A stretch of 64,000 nt of DNA from Cercozoa sp. M6MM (GCA_040357565.1 JBDODJ010000023.1); one strand, 5' to 3'. Counted from the stretch's first letter, positions 11,981 through 25,779 are shown. Numbers and translations: made by a program. Notes: a model not told the origin generated them from the letters alone.

Positions 11981-12608
11981 ATGCTTTCGGAAGATGTCCA
12001 GGAAGAAATTGAGGCGCTGGAGGCGATCTTTGAAAACCGATATAGCCAATGTAAGACCGATATTGAGAAGTCAAGTAGTTGTGACTTTGTTCGGTTGCAG
12101 GCGAATTGAATCGCTTTCACGTGAACTTCGAGAACGGCCTGCGTGTGGTAGTTAAAGTGCCGCAAGAGTACCCGGGATGTGCGCCGGACATCCGTGTGGA
12201 AGCATCCGACGAGTCGCCATTGACACTGACGCACAGACAGTGCGATGAGTTGACCTCAAGAGCGCGTCGAATCGCAAGTAGTGTCTGGGAGGACACCCAA
12301 GACATGTGTCTGTTTGCTTGTATTGACGCGATTGAGGAGGCGCTGCGTGACACTTCGGGCCTCGTTGCTGTCCGCGCGGATGTTGATGAACCGGCCGAAA
12401 TGCGTGTCACTCTACCCGAAATCGTTCAGTTGAGGAAACAGGTAGCACAGAGGTTCTTTTGACCTGATTGATTTTAGGCAGTTTCTGTGTTGGACTTGCG
12501 CAGATAATTCGCGACAGAGGCAGTCGTTTCTTGACGTCATTCTGCCGCGTCACCTCGAGCGAGCAAGTGCCGCACTTTGTTGCTTCCCTGGTACCCCTCC
12601 CCTTGTTT

Positions 12609-12658
<50 letters not shown>

Positions 12659-13011
12659 CACCAATGTCTGTGTTAACGAAAGTAGAAAGAGGACAAAAAG
12701 ATTGCAATTGCAACTCATAACTGCGTGGCTTTCCGTGTTCGCAATGAGCACGGCGACATCGAGGAAGGCCGAGATGACGACGGGGAGCAGGTTTGTTTCT
12801 GTGCACTTCAGCTTTCATTCGTTCCATGGCATGTTGTATTTAGGGCGCTGGCGACGTCATGCTCAACCTGTTACGGCAACTGGACGTGACGAATTTCGTG
12901 GTATGTGTGACGAGGTGGTACGGTGGCATCCTGCTGGGACCGACGCGTTACAAGCACTTCAAGGACGCCACACTACAGGCTATTCGCGAGGCTGGATGCC
13001 TCGACGCCTGA
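11981..13011 (+). CDS. IMPACT: IMPACT/Yih1 (RWD + UPF0029 domains)
   Basis: MLSEDVQEEIEALEAIF...VPQEYPGCAP (RWD), then DRGSRF...ATHNCVAFR...DDDGE|GAG...VCVTRWYGGILLGPTRYKH (UPF0029). Confidence 0.93.
12611..12657 (+). repeat. (CA)n microsatellite in an IMPACT intron
   Basis: Pure AC dinucleotide run. Confidence 0.95.
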
Positions 13012-13137
13012 TCACTTTGACGTGAGTTACTGTAATCAATACTCGCCCTGTGGTGGTGTGACCTCAGCTCTAGCCGGCACGACTTATTTACACCCCGCAT
13101 GCGCCCAATGACGAGACAAACGACAGCGTTTAAACCA

Positions 13138-13176
13138 AAAAGGGAGTTGAATGGCCCACCCAGCGGGCGGTGGACC
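13138..13176. mobile_element. Solo terminal-repeat remnant of the MITE family at 18210-18481
   Basis: AGGGAGTTGAATGGCCCACCCAGCGGGCGGTGGAC aligns with the MITE right end AGGGGAGTCGGATGGCCCCACCCTAAGCGGGCGGTGGAC. Confidence 0.7.
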
Positions 13177-13243
13177 ACTGCCATCGGCAGCCGAGCGCAC
13201 TGACGCAGCGAAGCATCACCAAAACACAACCCTAGCTAGGGCT

Positions 13244-13964
13244 CTAGGGCTGGTGTTTACGCGCCTCTTGCTGCACACGACGGTTGTACGCGGTGCGGTC
13301 GCTCTCGTACAGCTCGTAGGGCTCACGCTGCGCAGGATCGGCTACGAGAAACAAAGAATGCTTGTAGAGAAGAAAAGAAAACGATGATACCCGGATTCGG
13401 CTCAGCGAGCAGCTCATAGATGCCGCGAAGCACCTGCGGAATCGTGATGGAAGGCTTCCAATCCTTGTCTTCCGACAGAATCGAGAGGCACACGGTTCCG
13501 CTCGTGTAAACGTTCGGGTGGAAGATTACAGGCGTAAACTGGCACTTTGGTGGCTTGTTTGGATACGTCGGCGGGAAGATCATGCGCAGTTTGTACATGC
13601 CGCCTGCAGAAAGCGAAATTTCGGAATCCAAGCGAACATGTGAAAAAAAGAATCGAAAGCGACACAAAAATCGAAAGCGAAAGCGAGTTGATAGCGAAAA
13701 AGCTCACCCTCCCAGGGGGAACCGGGCTTGCCGGGAATTCCACAGCGCCAGTGAAACAGGTCCGTTGTGCCATCCTCCTTCTTCTCTGGTTTGGCGAAGA
13801 AGCCCTGCAAAATTAATTGAATTGGTGGACACACCTCCTCAAAGATCCGCGCGGACATGCCCCAACATAAATAATTCACTCAAGAAAATCATGCATACAT
13901 GGGGATGATTTCTGCGCCAGTCTTTGCGCTCTTGTGCAAGTCGCTTCTCAGCAATGCTGCTCAT
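13244..13964 (-). CDS. UBC9: SUMO-conjugating enzyme UBC9 (4 exons)
   Basis: [22 protein letters not shown]|GFFAKP...[15 protein letters not shown]|GMYKL...[26 protein letters not shown]...DWKPSITI...PNP|ADPAQREPY. Confidence 0.97.
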
Positions 13965-14334
13965 TTTCCGTCCGCTGGCCCGAAAAGCAATTCCAAAGCC
14001 TCGCTAATGCGCCTATGTGTGTGTACTAGAAGCACCCTAGGCACAGACGTAATCGGTTAATCTAAAGTCGAAACGGTCTGAAACAGTTTGGCACACACCC
14101 GCCACTTTCTGTTTTATTTTTGGACGCTTCGAAAAATCGAAGTCAAAAGCGCATTCGAACTTCGTTCCTTCACTGCGGTGGCGCCCGTGTAGGCGAGCGC
14201 TCGCGTCGGGTTGAAGAATCCGCTCCGGCCGATCTTATGGTAGTAAGAAGTAAAAACAGCACCATTCCGTCCGCGGGGGCGGGGGGGGGGGGTATGATTC
14301 AAGTTAGTGAGCGAGTATACTACGGCTCGGCAAT

Positions 14335-17300
14335 TCAGTGCGTTAGGTAGAGTTCGAGTAGACTAGAGAGTGCGGTGAACGGAAGTCTGTGAGCTGGCTG
14401 CAATCGTGCAGTACGCGACGATCCGGTGTTTAGCGTCGGCAACTACGCGCGAGCTCTGCAGCCTTCTGTCGCAAGCGCTCGTCTCGTTTCCTACAAAGCA
14501 GCATCGACATGAAAAGTTGCCGTATGAGGTACATGCAGTAAATGTACAGTATGAGTTTGCAAAATTTACAAGTGTTCGGGCGTTACAACGCGATGCGAGA
14601 TGCGCATGACTTCTTCGGCGAGCATGGGCGACTTGGATAGTTGCATGATGACGCGCAAAGTTATCAGGAGTTCGCTCAGCACCGGGCCGAACTTGTGGTA
14701 GTAGATCGAGGCGAGCTTGGCCACCTGGAACTCGGCGAGCAGTGTGGTAACTTGACTGAGAATGTACCCGGGGCTACTCAGCGACTTGGAGTTGCTCGCG
14801 ACGGCAGGGAGCGCCAATGCGAGTGTTCTACAGAAATGAGTGCGCGTGTTAGAGCACTGGCATTCAGACTACCTTGAGTGACGGAGCTTGTTTGCTGCAC
14901 GTGCACCTCTCCAGAGGGAACGAAGAACGTGAGAGAGCCAGGTAGCGACGTCGCCCACCGAGGCTTGCACTGCAACATTGTAAATTTAGCTCTCGGACAA
15001 AGAGGGAAGGTTGTACTCTATCGAGTCAAGTACCAACATCAGTGGAACCAAAGTGCGAGCCTCGCTCCGAGACCAAGCGCTGAACAGTCTGAGTAGTCAC
15101 ACCCAATCATATCAAGTTCCTGTTTAGAAATGCTGTGCCGGGCGAAAGCACCTCCTTGACGAGGGCCGCACGCGTGAGTGCGAGTGTTGAGATGAAGTCG
15201 TGTCGGCAACGCGCAAGCAGCTGAAGTCGCCAACTAATCACTTGCGACAAGAGCAGCGGCGTGCTCGCAAAGTGCTCGCAGGCTTTCTTGATTTCTTGTA
15301 GTTTCAGCGTGCGCAAGAAGAACGTGTCGCTGCGGATCCAGAACACGATATCTAGCATAAAGCTGATGTGTCCTGATTAGTGCGTTGTACCTCACTTGAC
15401 GCACTTTCGGACTGCAGTACTCGCGGCTGCTTTCAAGAGCGCAAAAGACGCGTGCAATACGCCCAACACAGTCCGCCAGGTCGGGTGCAACACCGCTGCA
15501 CAAATAAACGCATGCATGTATCGATACTTTAAATCAGGACCAGGAGTCAATTTTACACATTGGCAATGTCGCGCGCAGCTTGAACAGCACATTCGCTTCA
15601 GTACAAACAAAGCGCAGAGTTTCGATCTATCTGTAACCACCGACAGAACAAAAGCACACACTTACAGGTACAGCGAGTACTCTTGCGGCGATAAATTAAT
15701 CTGCGACGTGTTGCTGCTGGTGTCCTTCTGGTAGTTACACAAAGCAAAGGACACTGCCCCGAGCAGACAAGTGAGCGCCACTCGTCGAGGAGTTCGCCGA
15801 GTCTGTACGTAAAATACACTCCAATTGATGAACTCGGATGGGTGCATGGGCACAATACATCCTCAGCAGCGACAATTGGTGTGTTGCATAGCTGCTGCGC
15901 CATCACGCGAGTCGGAAGGCGCGCAAAGATGGCCTCGAACCGGCACAGGAAGTCCTCGGACTCAAAGTCGGCATCAAAGCACTTGGCTAGCAACGCGGCG
16001 GCGTCGCTGTCGGAAAGAACCTTGCGCTCGTGGAGCACGTCAATGCGATCGACCCAAGAGGTCGGATGATCACCCACAAACTGCCACAACTGCGCAAACT
16101 CGTCCACAGTGTAGGTGACAGCTGCACGAATCCGGCACACGAAGCGGCGCATTCGTTGACTCCAACAATCGTTGCCGATGGCGTGTTCGACAAACCGCTC
16201 GATATCACTTGGTGGAGAGGAAGAGCTTGTAGCTACGCACACGCTCGAGTTAACAGAATCAAATATGTAAATGTTGTACGTGTTTCAGTCAGTTCAAGGA
16301 TGTCGCTCACGATGCCGTCGACTTCTCTGCATTTACACGCGAAAGTGATCGGAAACTGGACCTTAACTCAGTAGCAGTAGCGAACTCAAGAGTCGGGAAG
16401 AACGCACCCGTACAAAAGTGGAGGACTCGCATGCTTGTAGCGACGGATCATGTCGTCGAGCCCGAGCAGGATAGTGCATGCTTGTTTCTCTTGCAGGACT
16501 ACAGAGTCACGCTCTAGTTGCTGTTTCAAGTCGCTGAACAGCTTGGTAACGTCACCGGGTCGACAACACAGTGAGCACTCCGCGCGGAACCTGTTGAGTG
16601 ATATGACACGACAGAAAAAGGCCGGTAGCCAAAGTGACATTACAGTAGCGACCAAACGACGCCATTGGTGATGTCGTGACCCCGCTGGTGAAAGAACTGG
16701 ATCTCACTGCGCACAAAAGAGCAAGCTTCTTTGCTGTCGACGTTGACGCGAGTGCCGTTTCTGCTGACCAGCTGCTTGACTAGGACGTTCAGCAGGGCCG
16801 CGGTGTGGTACGCGTTCGCTGCTTCATGAGCAGTTTCATGTGCGTGCTGCTCACGAGACACTCGACTCGTCGAAGCAATGCGAGATTTTGACTTGGTGTC
16901 GTGCGAGGAAGACTTGGATGCGTCCGAGTCCGGCTTGGCACTCTCCTTGTGGGTTACGCCGGCGTGGTGGAACTGCTCCTTCCACATCGCACAGGCGTCT
17001 TCGAAGCTTGCGCACTGCGACAAGCAACGAAGCACGTACTTCTGGTGCTGAGTGAAGCTCGCGTGCGTTTCTGTTGTGTCGCCATCAGTTTCGTCACGAG
17101 ACAGCAACGTGTCTCGAGTGCTGTTCCCAGAACAGGCAGCAAATTGACCAAAGACGCACAGTACTGCATCAATAAAATAGAAAGATTGGTGCTACAGAAA
17201 CTCGTTGGGTTTGAAAACACTCGTGGGAGAGGGTGCGAAGAACTCAAAGGCACGGTAGGTGCCCGGGATTGCAGCTTGCTCACGTAGGTCAATGACAGTG

Positions 17301-18095
17301 CCAACCTCTTCGTTGACGAGGTACAGCTGCTGCTTGAATTTCCGGTTCAGGTCCATTTTTCTTCAGTCGGTGTTCGTATCGAGGTGTATGCCTGTGGCTG
17401 CGTAGGTTGTCGCTGCAGTTGTCGAAAGAGTCTACACCGTCCAAAATACACCAGAGATGGATATCAGACAGCTCATCAATGCAAGTAGAGTACGCTGTGC
17501 AGTACCTATGTTCGGTCAAAGCGAGCAAAAAGAATTGCAAAAAGCAAAGGTGAGGAAAGCAAGCACAACAACTCGCCGTTTCTCACAAATGCTGGTCGGA
17601 GTCGGAGTTTCTCACAACGGGTTTCGACTGCCATCAGGGGCAGTATTGGTGCCATGCACCCATCCTTCAGGAAAAAAGAGTTGAATTGCTCTGTACAGAA
17701 AAGCCAAGGATATACCAGCGCCCATTGGGACAGCAACTCCATCCATATGAATGCTGCGCAGACGTCCGCCAGCGTAGCTTTCGCTTTCGAGAACAAGGAC
17801 GTTGAGTTCTCCCTCGGAGAGAAAGCACTGCTGCTGTACAGTGCCGTTTCAGCAGACGGCGGGAAGGGCGACACACGCGCATGTGGCCACACCGACAAGG
17901 TCAGGTGCCAGTCGCTTTCGTTAAAGGCGCCGTGCGGTCGCATGCAATTCCATTCAGCTTCCCTGTTTTTCCTCCCGAACTCCATTAATTTATACAGTAC
18001 GGTAGTCAGTATACGTACGCGTAGTGGAAACAATTCCAGTCGATTGAGGCACGCCACACAGTACTTCTTAAGCTTGTGGTGACAACTGAACGCAT
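14335..18095 (-). CDS. Large multi-exon hypothetical protein, probably alpha-helical
   Basis: Chain of protein-like minus-strand exons with GT-AG boundaries from MRSVVTTSLRSTVW...HYA|EAEWNCMRPH to ...LLELYLTH*. No motif recognised; could be more than one gene. Confidence 0.55.
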
Positions 18096-18209
18096 CTTTT
18101 AATTTTCAGTTGGTAGTAAGTTTTAAGTTTAGTTGAGTTTTCTCGGTAACCAACTAAGTAGCTCCCCTGCACCAGTCCGGGGTGGGTCACAAGAGCAAAG
18201 CCGTGTCTA

Positions 18210-18481
18210 CTCCCTCCCCCCCCCCCGCTTAGGGTAGGACCATACAACTCCCCTTTTGACGTTCCCCGGACAACGAAGTCGACTTCATAGCTGGTGCTGG
18301 AGGCGGGCTTAATTTTCAGTTACAAAACCGACCTCACTCGACTGAAGGCTGAATGAAGTCGATGCTGCTTGTCTAATGTACTGTAAGCTCTAACGATAAC
18401 TGTGCCAACCTTGGAAGAAGATTTCCTGAGGACCTTCAGAGGGGAGTCGGATGGCCCCACCCTAAGCGGGCGGTGGACTAG
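18210..18481. mobile_element. MITE-like non-autonomous element (~270 bp) with long imperfect TIRs and TA flanks
   Basis: Left CCCGCTTAGGGTAGGACCATACAACTCCCCTTTTGA versus reverse complement of the right end CCCGCTTAGGGTGGGGCCATCCGACTCCCCTCTGA. TA at 18208-09 and 18482-83. Inner inverted pair TCGACTTCAT/ATGAAGTCGA. No ORF. Confidence 0.72.
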
Positions 18482-18550
18482 TAGACTGAACTAACTAAGC
18501 ACCCTTTAGCACATAGTTGGTTTCTTAAACAGCTAAGTCAACAGCGAGTG

Positions 18551-19980
18551 CTAGTTGCCGGTGCCAGAGCTGCTACAGGTGCTGTTTGTGGCACTGTCCG
18601 TGTTGGAGTCGGCAGATCTGGACTCACTGGCAGGCACTGTCACGACTGCCTCATCACTCTGGCTGTCGTCGGTCGCACTGGAGTCAGTGACAACAGGAAA
18701 CTTCAGTCGAGTTTTCGCTCGCTTCGTCGTTCGTCCAGCAGCGTCGGTGTCTGCACAAACGTCAGCTTTTATCCTAACCCTTTTAAGCGCAATGGCCCAT
18801 GAGAGTCGAACCAGGCAAGAATGGCGACGAGAAGGCACTCATGAGTCGCGCGACCTTCTTGGGTCCCATACCCGGCATCTCTGCGAACGTGCGACGAGGC
18901 GCCTGCAATGCACCTTTATACTCCTTTATAAATCCCTTTCCCGCTCCGTTTACCCCATTTTACTCTCCATTTACTTGGGTTTACACCTTTTAACCCCTTT
19001 TTACCCCACCGCTGTACCTTGACAACTTCGGCAAAGGAGTTGAACGAGTCGCTGATTTGAGCGATGTCGTTCTTGTTGATTCCGCGAGCGACGCGCAGCA
19101 CGTCGCCGAAAATCGCGTCATCGTCCGCTTTGTGCTTGTTCCTGCAGTGTAGCCCCCCTATTTTACCCCCTCCTGTTTTATCCTTTAACCCTTTTATCCG
19201 CTCTTTTACCTTTTTACCCCCCTATTACCTATCCCCCCTCCAGAGAGAGTGTACTTTGCATCGCCCCGAATGGAGTCGTTGTGAGCGAAGCGTTTGAGCG
19301 ACTCGAGGTATCGCAGCACCTCGATGTTCGACGTCGCACACAGCAGCGTCGAGTCGTACTTCAGTGCCAGTTCGTTCATCTGTTGGGGGAGGGGAAGGTT
19401 GAAATAAATAGAAGGTAGGGGGTAAAAAGCCGCACCTGTGTCAGCACATCCTCGGCATTCTCATCGACGAGACAAAGCAAAATTCGCGTGCGATAGTGCG
19501 TTCGAAACGTCTGCAGTCGCCGCTCTATGTATCGACTGTCGCGCCTGTGGAACCTCAACTACGAGGGAGGAGAGGTAGGGGTAAAGAGAAGGAAAATAGG
19601 GGTGTAACGAGAGGGACAAAGAAGAGGTAAAAGTAACAGGGTGGTGTAAAGAGAGGGTAAAGCAGGGGTAAGGGGTAAAGAAAAGAATAAAAAGTAGCCA
19701 ACACACCGAAATAAACAGAACGCCGACATCGCGAGCCAGCAAAAAATCGGCCGGCGCCGTTTTGGCCAAAACAAAGTGGACGTGCCGCCGTCCGCGCAGA
19801 GCCGGGTTCCGCGCTTGAGCCGGACCAAACAGAATCGCCTGAGTCAAACAAAATTTATAGGGTGCTGCACAAAAAGTACGGGGGGGGGGTTAAGAAAGGT
19901 ACGTGGTCGCCGTGCTGCCGAAAAGCGTCCTCCGGCAGCGGCAGCGGTTTTTGCACCGCTTTTTTCGTATTCTGCGCCAT
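18551..19980 (-). CDS. ERCC1: DNA excision repair protein ERCC1/Rad10
   Basis: AQARNPAL...ADFLL...VLFIS|LRFHRRDSRYIERRL...RILLCLVD...LLCATSNIEVLRYLESLK, then an HhH2 region GINKNDI...FNSF...MPGMGPKKVARLMSAFSSPF. A final 46-nt intron adds an S/T/D-rich tail; otherwise the stop is at 18783. Confidence 0.9.
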
Positions 19981-20327
19981 TTTTGTCGAGCCGTCAGCGT
20001 TTTGCTATTTAAACCAAGTAAAAAGCTTGGATATTAACTATTTACAAACTCACACACGCTAGATCGTCAAAGTGTTGTAGAATTGTTTCTTTAATCAAAT
20101 AAGATAACTGTTGTCTTCTTTGTAGCGTCTGCACTGTGCCGCAGAAGTGTGGCTGTGCGTGTCATTGAAGTAGCAAATGAAGTTTAGTGTAAACCAAGCC
20201 TGAATAACCTCGTTCGATGGATTCTGAAGAAAAAGCACATTCAGCACACCAGTGGACTTGCTCCAGAAACGCAGCTGCGCAGCCACTATCCTCGTTGACA
20301 ATGACAAAATGCTGCCAAGGAAAGAGT

Positions 20328-21115
20328 ATGCATCAGTTTGTGGAAGAAGGGGATGTCATGGATCAGAGCACAGCAACCACCTCTGTTTTTGTTCAATTTA
20401 TCTTGTTCACGCGTCAGCTGTTTCAGTTACGAAAACGTGAGCAGTGCCAGTCAAAACGGATCAAAACACTAGTGTGTCTGCTTTAGAGTTTGTGCCTGAT
20501 AGGATTTGCTTTTACGTGTTCGTGTATTTAGTTCTAACGGCGAAATTGACCTCGTTTCGGCTCTTTTGGACGCCGGTTTTCACCCTGATTCTGGTACACT
20601 GCAACAGTCTGTTGCAGGTGCAAGCGTGCGAGTGCGAGGCCAGTGGCGTGATGCACTGTGTGAAGCCATCTCACACGGTAGAGCATGCGTGTGTCTGTAT
20701 ATGTTCTCTCTAAGATTAATTGTTGAGTAGAGGTCAAAACGATTACCCACGTGCTTTCACATCCGTGCGGACATGTAAAATTTTATGCAGCGTTTCTTCA
20801 AACAGACAGTAGCGATTTGACTTCTTGTCTTGCTTCAGCTCTCGGCAGATGTGGCCACGCGTGTGGCGTCCTTCACCGCGCTGTGTGTTCCACTCGGCAT
20901 CCATGAGCACGTATGCGCGAGCTCAGGCAGTTCAGCAGTGCGAACCATTGATGTGTGAATGCAGGCGATTGCGCAAATGGTGCACGCAGCCATGTTGGAA
21001 ACAGTTGCTTACTGTAATGGTGGGTCGAAAGACACGCTTTGTGTTGTGTCTAATTCGTCGCCGCGCGTACCAAGCGTCGCAGTCGCGTGTGTCGTTTCGG
21101 GTTCCAGTCAGTTAA
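20328..21115 (+). CDS. Small divergent ankyrin-like hypothetical protein
   Basis: Exons read SSNGEIDLVSALLDAGFHPD, DALCEAISHG and LSADVATRVASF. The exon chain is only partly resolved. Confidence 0.4.
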
Positions 21116-21194
21116 CGTAAAGAAAAGAACAGAACAGTAATCGAACGTTGAGTCAGTTCGCGTCGTTTCCGCTCGTACGCGTTCCAGTAGGTTT

Positions 21195-23048
21195 TCAATC
21201 AGCAGTCGTGTCGTCAGCCTCCAAGTCATCCATACTGCCAGTGGTGCGCGGCCCCTGCGATTCACTAGCAGTAGTACTGCCTGTGCCACCACTGCCTCCG
21301 GATCCCGAGTTGCTCATGCTGCTGGCGCTAGTCAAACTGTCTGGGAGGTCACCTCGTTTCAAACGGCGCATTACGTGTTTTCTCCACTAAAAACGACAAC
21401 AACTGTCTGACATTAGTTGGGTATATAAAGCTGCGAGTTACCTGAGAGTGATCGAGCGCATTGAAAGGAACCGGGCCTCGCACATCACCATGCAGCTGCC
21501 GGAAGTCGCGCAGAGCTTCCTCATCACCTGCGTGCAGACAAGCAACGTAGGCCAGGTAGGCACCCAGGTACGCGAGTTCGCGATCGTGCATGTGCGTCTC
21601 ATGCGAGTCTTTGTAAGCACTGATCTTCACGCCATTGCGCGGATTCAACGCAACTGGATCAACAACAAAACAGTTGATTAAAGTACTATAATTCATCTTG
21701 AGAATTAATAAACAGTACAGTTGCGCTCGAGGTCATCGATATGAAGAGTGTTGGATGCGTTAAAACGTTGGCCGAAATGCGACCAGATGATTTCAAGAGG
21801 TTTGACGACATGCGTGCGGTTCTTGTCGCTGTTGTCAGTTGAACCGAATAAATACTCAACTCGTGATGTGACTCAAGCGAACTGTACACATGCTCGACGT
21901 TGGTGCATTGCTTCTCGCGCATGGCTTTCGACAGACAGGCAGCTTCCGAGTTGGGAACGAGTGAGTCGCGCAGAACGCGGAACATGCAGTTCTTGGGAAT
22001 CACGAGTGCGATGCGGTACTGATCATCGCGTGCGTGCTCGCTGTCCGGGTGCAACAGACCCAGACGGCGAACCTTCTGTTCCAGGTAGGACAGCGATGTC
22101 TGCGACCAGATGCAGATGTCGAAATGACGATACACGGTGCGCATGAAAGCATCCGTATGAGGTCGCTTTGTCTGGTCCACTGTGGCGTCCCGTGCGTGCA
22201 TATCAAACACCTGCCCGAATCAGTTCAGTCGTCACAGAATCACTCAAAGAGCAAACATACTGTGCAATCAATGTCCAACACAATGAGCGGGTAGGGTCGG
22301 CCGTTTTTTTCTCTGAACAAACATGCGAGTTTAAAACCACCAACTGAACTGAACTGACTCAGCAAACCTAAGTGAACATCGAAGGGGAACGTGCGAGCTG
22401 AAATAGCGTCGAGCAGCCGCCAGTTTCGTGTCCACACACGAAGCCAGGCGCAAGCGTTCTTGGAAAAACGGGTCCAAGTGACGTCTTTGCAGAAAACATC
22501 ACTTGTCACGAAGTCAAAAAGCAAGCAAAACAGAAACATACCGAATTTTTTTGTAGCCGAATTTTGGCTCTTTCTTTTTGCTTTTCGGGGAGATTGACCG
22601 GCGCGAGTTCGAGCTTCGTGGCGTTGTTGGAGGGGTGGTTCGTACGCGACCGACCATCAGAACACGCAGTCGGCCCGATGCGTGATGCTTCTATACCACA
22701 ACAACCAATACATTTCGGCTTCCGTTGCTTTTTTGGAGAAACCGACTCACTCAAAAAGTCACCTTGAAAGCGACTTCAGAAACCGGAGTATGCGGCAGAG
22801 CTTTGGAAAACAGCTGTCCGCAGCGCAAGCGCAGCACCGGATAGGTTTGTAATCGAGAAGGAACTCCTGTGGCCTCTTCGACGGCTTCACGAAACGCACT
22901 CACCGTCGCTGCGGGTGGCAGGCTGATTTCGTGCAGTTGGGTTTTCCACTGCACCATCACGCACAGCACTACGACATAACGCAAAGATATCACATATGGA
23001 CATGCAGGCAGAATACTTCTTTGAGAAAAAGCCACAAGGTGTCGTCAT
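21195..23048 (-). CDS. UBLCP1: Ubiquitin-like domain-containing CTD phosphatase 1
   Basis: N-terminal UBL (VQWKT...ATVSAFREAVEEATGVPSRLQ), HAD motif LIVLDIDCT, KRPHTDAFMRTVY, DICIWSQTS, VKPLEIIW, NTLHIDDLERN|VALNPRNGVKI and DREL. Confidence 0.9.
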
Positions 23049-23404
23049 TTTTGATCGCCCAAAAACGACAAGCTCAGTCCGTCAAAACGCGCAACGGTGC
23101 TCTCAGGCGCATAGATGGCGCAGATCGCTTAAGATCGTTGATCCTGGTGACACCCTTGACACGTTAGGCCACCTGTCCACATCTGGTTCGAATGGACAAA
23201 AGGATAAGAAAATTGCAAACCGATCACGATCGATCAGCCAGCGACTTTTTGCACGAAGCGCTGTGAATAGCGGCATTTGCTGCTGCAACACACGCCGATC
23301 TGTGCGTTCGAGCGACAACGTATCTCGTTTTGCCGCCTAACGCATCTGAGGGAAAGGTACCAGGAAAGTCAGAAACACCGTGCGAAACTGAGGTCGCGAC
23401 CGCG

Positions 23405-25779
23405 ATGAAGTACCGCCTTCATATCGACGTCGTGACTGAGTTCGTTCGTGACAACATTTGCATACCCTGTGGGGACGACGACGCCGACGTCGCTTGGCTT
23501 CTGGTGTGTTTCCGCTCACTTGATTTCTGCTGTCTTTTGATTCAGGTCCTGTATTTGTCCCAGGCCGAGACAAAGCGTCGCTTTGAGTTGTGGCATCCTT
23601 TCAAAGTCTACGGTTTCGAACTCAAATCGGTGAACGCTAAGACACAAGAAAGTCTACTTGTGGCGCCGGACACTCATCTTGCATCACTGCTTCTCGGGTG
23701 TGATTTGAAAAGCCTGCAGTTCGTTGTTGAAGAGAGTGTTTGGTAAGTCCGCGTTTTGGTTTCTTTGGTAAAACTGGAATTCTGACTGATTAAACACTAC
23801 TGGTAGGTCCCGAAAGCGCCGAGAAGAAGACGAGCTACGTGAGAAGGAGCAACGAGAACGACTGATTGCTGAGAAACGATTAGAACAAAAGGTGTTTCAC
23901 CAGTTCTCACTGTTTTTTCTTCAGTTGTTCACGTCGGCGTGCTGTTGTGTTTTGCAGTTGCGCGCCGAGCGCATCGCGAATCTCGAAAACCGCGTCAGAA
24001 ATCGCTGGGCGCTTTCCAAGGTGCCTCGGCACATTGAAGTGCCCGTGGAAGATGATGGCTTCGTCGCGCTCAACAAAGGTTCGCTCGACCAGTGGGCCAG
24101 TGTTGGTTCACTTCGGCCCATCCGTCCTCTGCAGGTACTTTATTTTTCGTTTCCTTGATTGCAGCTAATCCAAGCAATTTGGCGAAACGCTTACGCAAAG
24201 CCAACTGACAATAGAAAAAAACACGAGTCGTTTTTATAGTTGCAGAGATGGCCGGACGACCCAGCCGAGGTGCACGATGCAGAGAAATGCGGCGAAAGCT
24301 GCCAGTGCAGTGAGCCAGTGGAAGAACTGGCCGACTCGGAGAATGAATCAGAGAATCTGGATCAGTTTGAAGAACTCGAGGCTTGCGAAAACACGGAAGC
24401 TTTGCCGCGACAGCACTTTTGTTCCGTGACGATTCTGAACAACCCGAGCAGCACCAACACCTGGCGTTTCTGTGTCGGAGTGGTTCCACTTTCGTTCGAC
24501 TTCGCGCACGACCGGCGCTGGGTCGGCGCGCAAAAGAGCTGGGCCTATATTGGCGGCACAGGCGGCAAGTGTCGCGACAGTGGCAAATCCACGCCTTATG
24601 GCGATCCGTTCAGTGCAGGCGACACGATCGGCATTCTGCTGGACTTTGATGCCCGGACCGTTGAGTTCTTCAAGAACGGCGTTTCTCAAGGCGTCGCTTT
24701 TCGCGATCTGTGCGATGCACCAGTTCGGCTGGCCGTTTCAATCACTGCCAAGGGCTGCAAAGTGCGCTTCAATCGAGAGGGTACTTTTCTCTCTTTTTAT
24801 TCCGTTTACAAACTGACTGAACTGAGGATTTTATGTTTAGTTTTTTCACACTATTTTTGTGTACAATTGCTTTGATTTAGTGCCACCAAGATTTGCAGCA
24901 CTGATGCACCGGTACCGACGTGCCGAGCAGAAACGACGCGTGCGCTGGCAGAATCTGCTGAGCGAGCAGTGGCGCAGTTTGCAGCTTCGACACGCTCGGC
25001 GCACTGGAACTGTAATTTTACACCCCCTCCGCGTTAACTTATCTTCTATCCTGTGATCCTTTGCCCCTTTACCCCTTTACCCCCAGTTGATGTGGGACGC
25101 ACCGTTGGCACGTCGCAAAGACGACTCGTTGTGGTTCCCGTCGCCGAATGCGCCCGACACTCTGCCGTCGCTGCGCGAGCCTGTTGGTACATTTACCCCC
25201 CTTGCCCTTTACCTTCCATACCCCTTGTCCCTACCATATCCTTCTTTCACCCCTGCCCTAGTTCCAGTTCGCTCGAAAAAGAAACGTCGCAGCAAGCGCG
25301 ACAAAAAGAAAAGCGACGCCGAAGCGAAACTCGGCCGATTCGCGCGAGTTAGACGTCGATTGCAAAGCGTATTTTACCCTCTATTTACTCTACTACTATC
25401 CTTTCCCCTATATCCCGTATGCCCTCTCTTTACGCCCCTACACCAGGAACCAAAGGAAGTGGCCAAGAAGGAAGCGGCAGTGCCTGAGATGCCACCAGTG
25501 CCTCCACTGCCGCAGGAACGACACTCGGAACCTCTAGTGCAGTCTGAGGAGATGCAGAAGGTAGTCCTCCCTTACAATACTCCCCTTTAATACACTGGAG
25601 ACATGTGCAGCAACAGAACATGCGTCAGTTGAATCAAGTCGCGCGAGTTGTCTTACCTGAGTATTTAGCTTTTACCCCCNNNNNNNNNNNNNNNNNNNNN
25701 NNNNNNNNNNNNNNNNNNNNNNNNNNNNNNNNNNNNNNNNNNNNNNNNNNNNNNNNNNNNNNNNNNNNNNNNNNNNNNN

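Noticed and set aside
12468-12827. Poly-HT and poly-CV peptides in the ORF track (also 25781, 53762, 58964)
   Set aside because: These are translations of intronic (CA)n/(TG)n microsatellites.
14114-14302. tRNA or snRNA candidate (GTTCGAA B-box-like motif on the minus strand)
   Set aside because: No cloverleaf and no U1/U2/U4/U5/U6 signature could be built; most likely the UBC9 upstream region.
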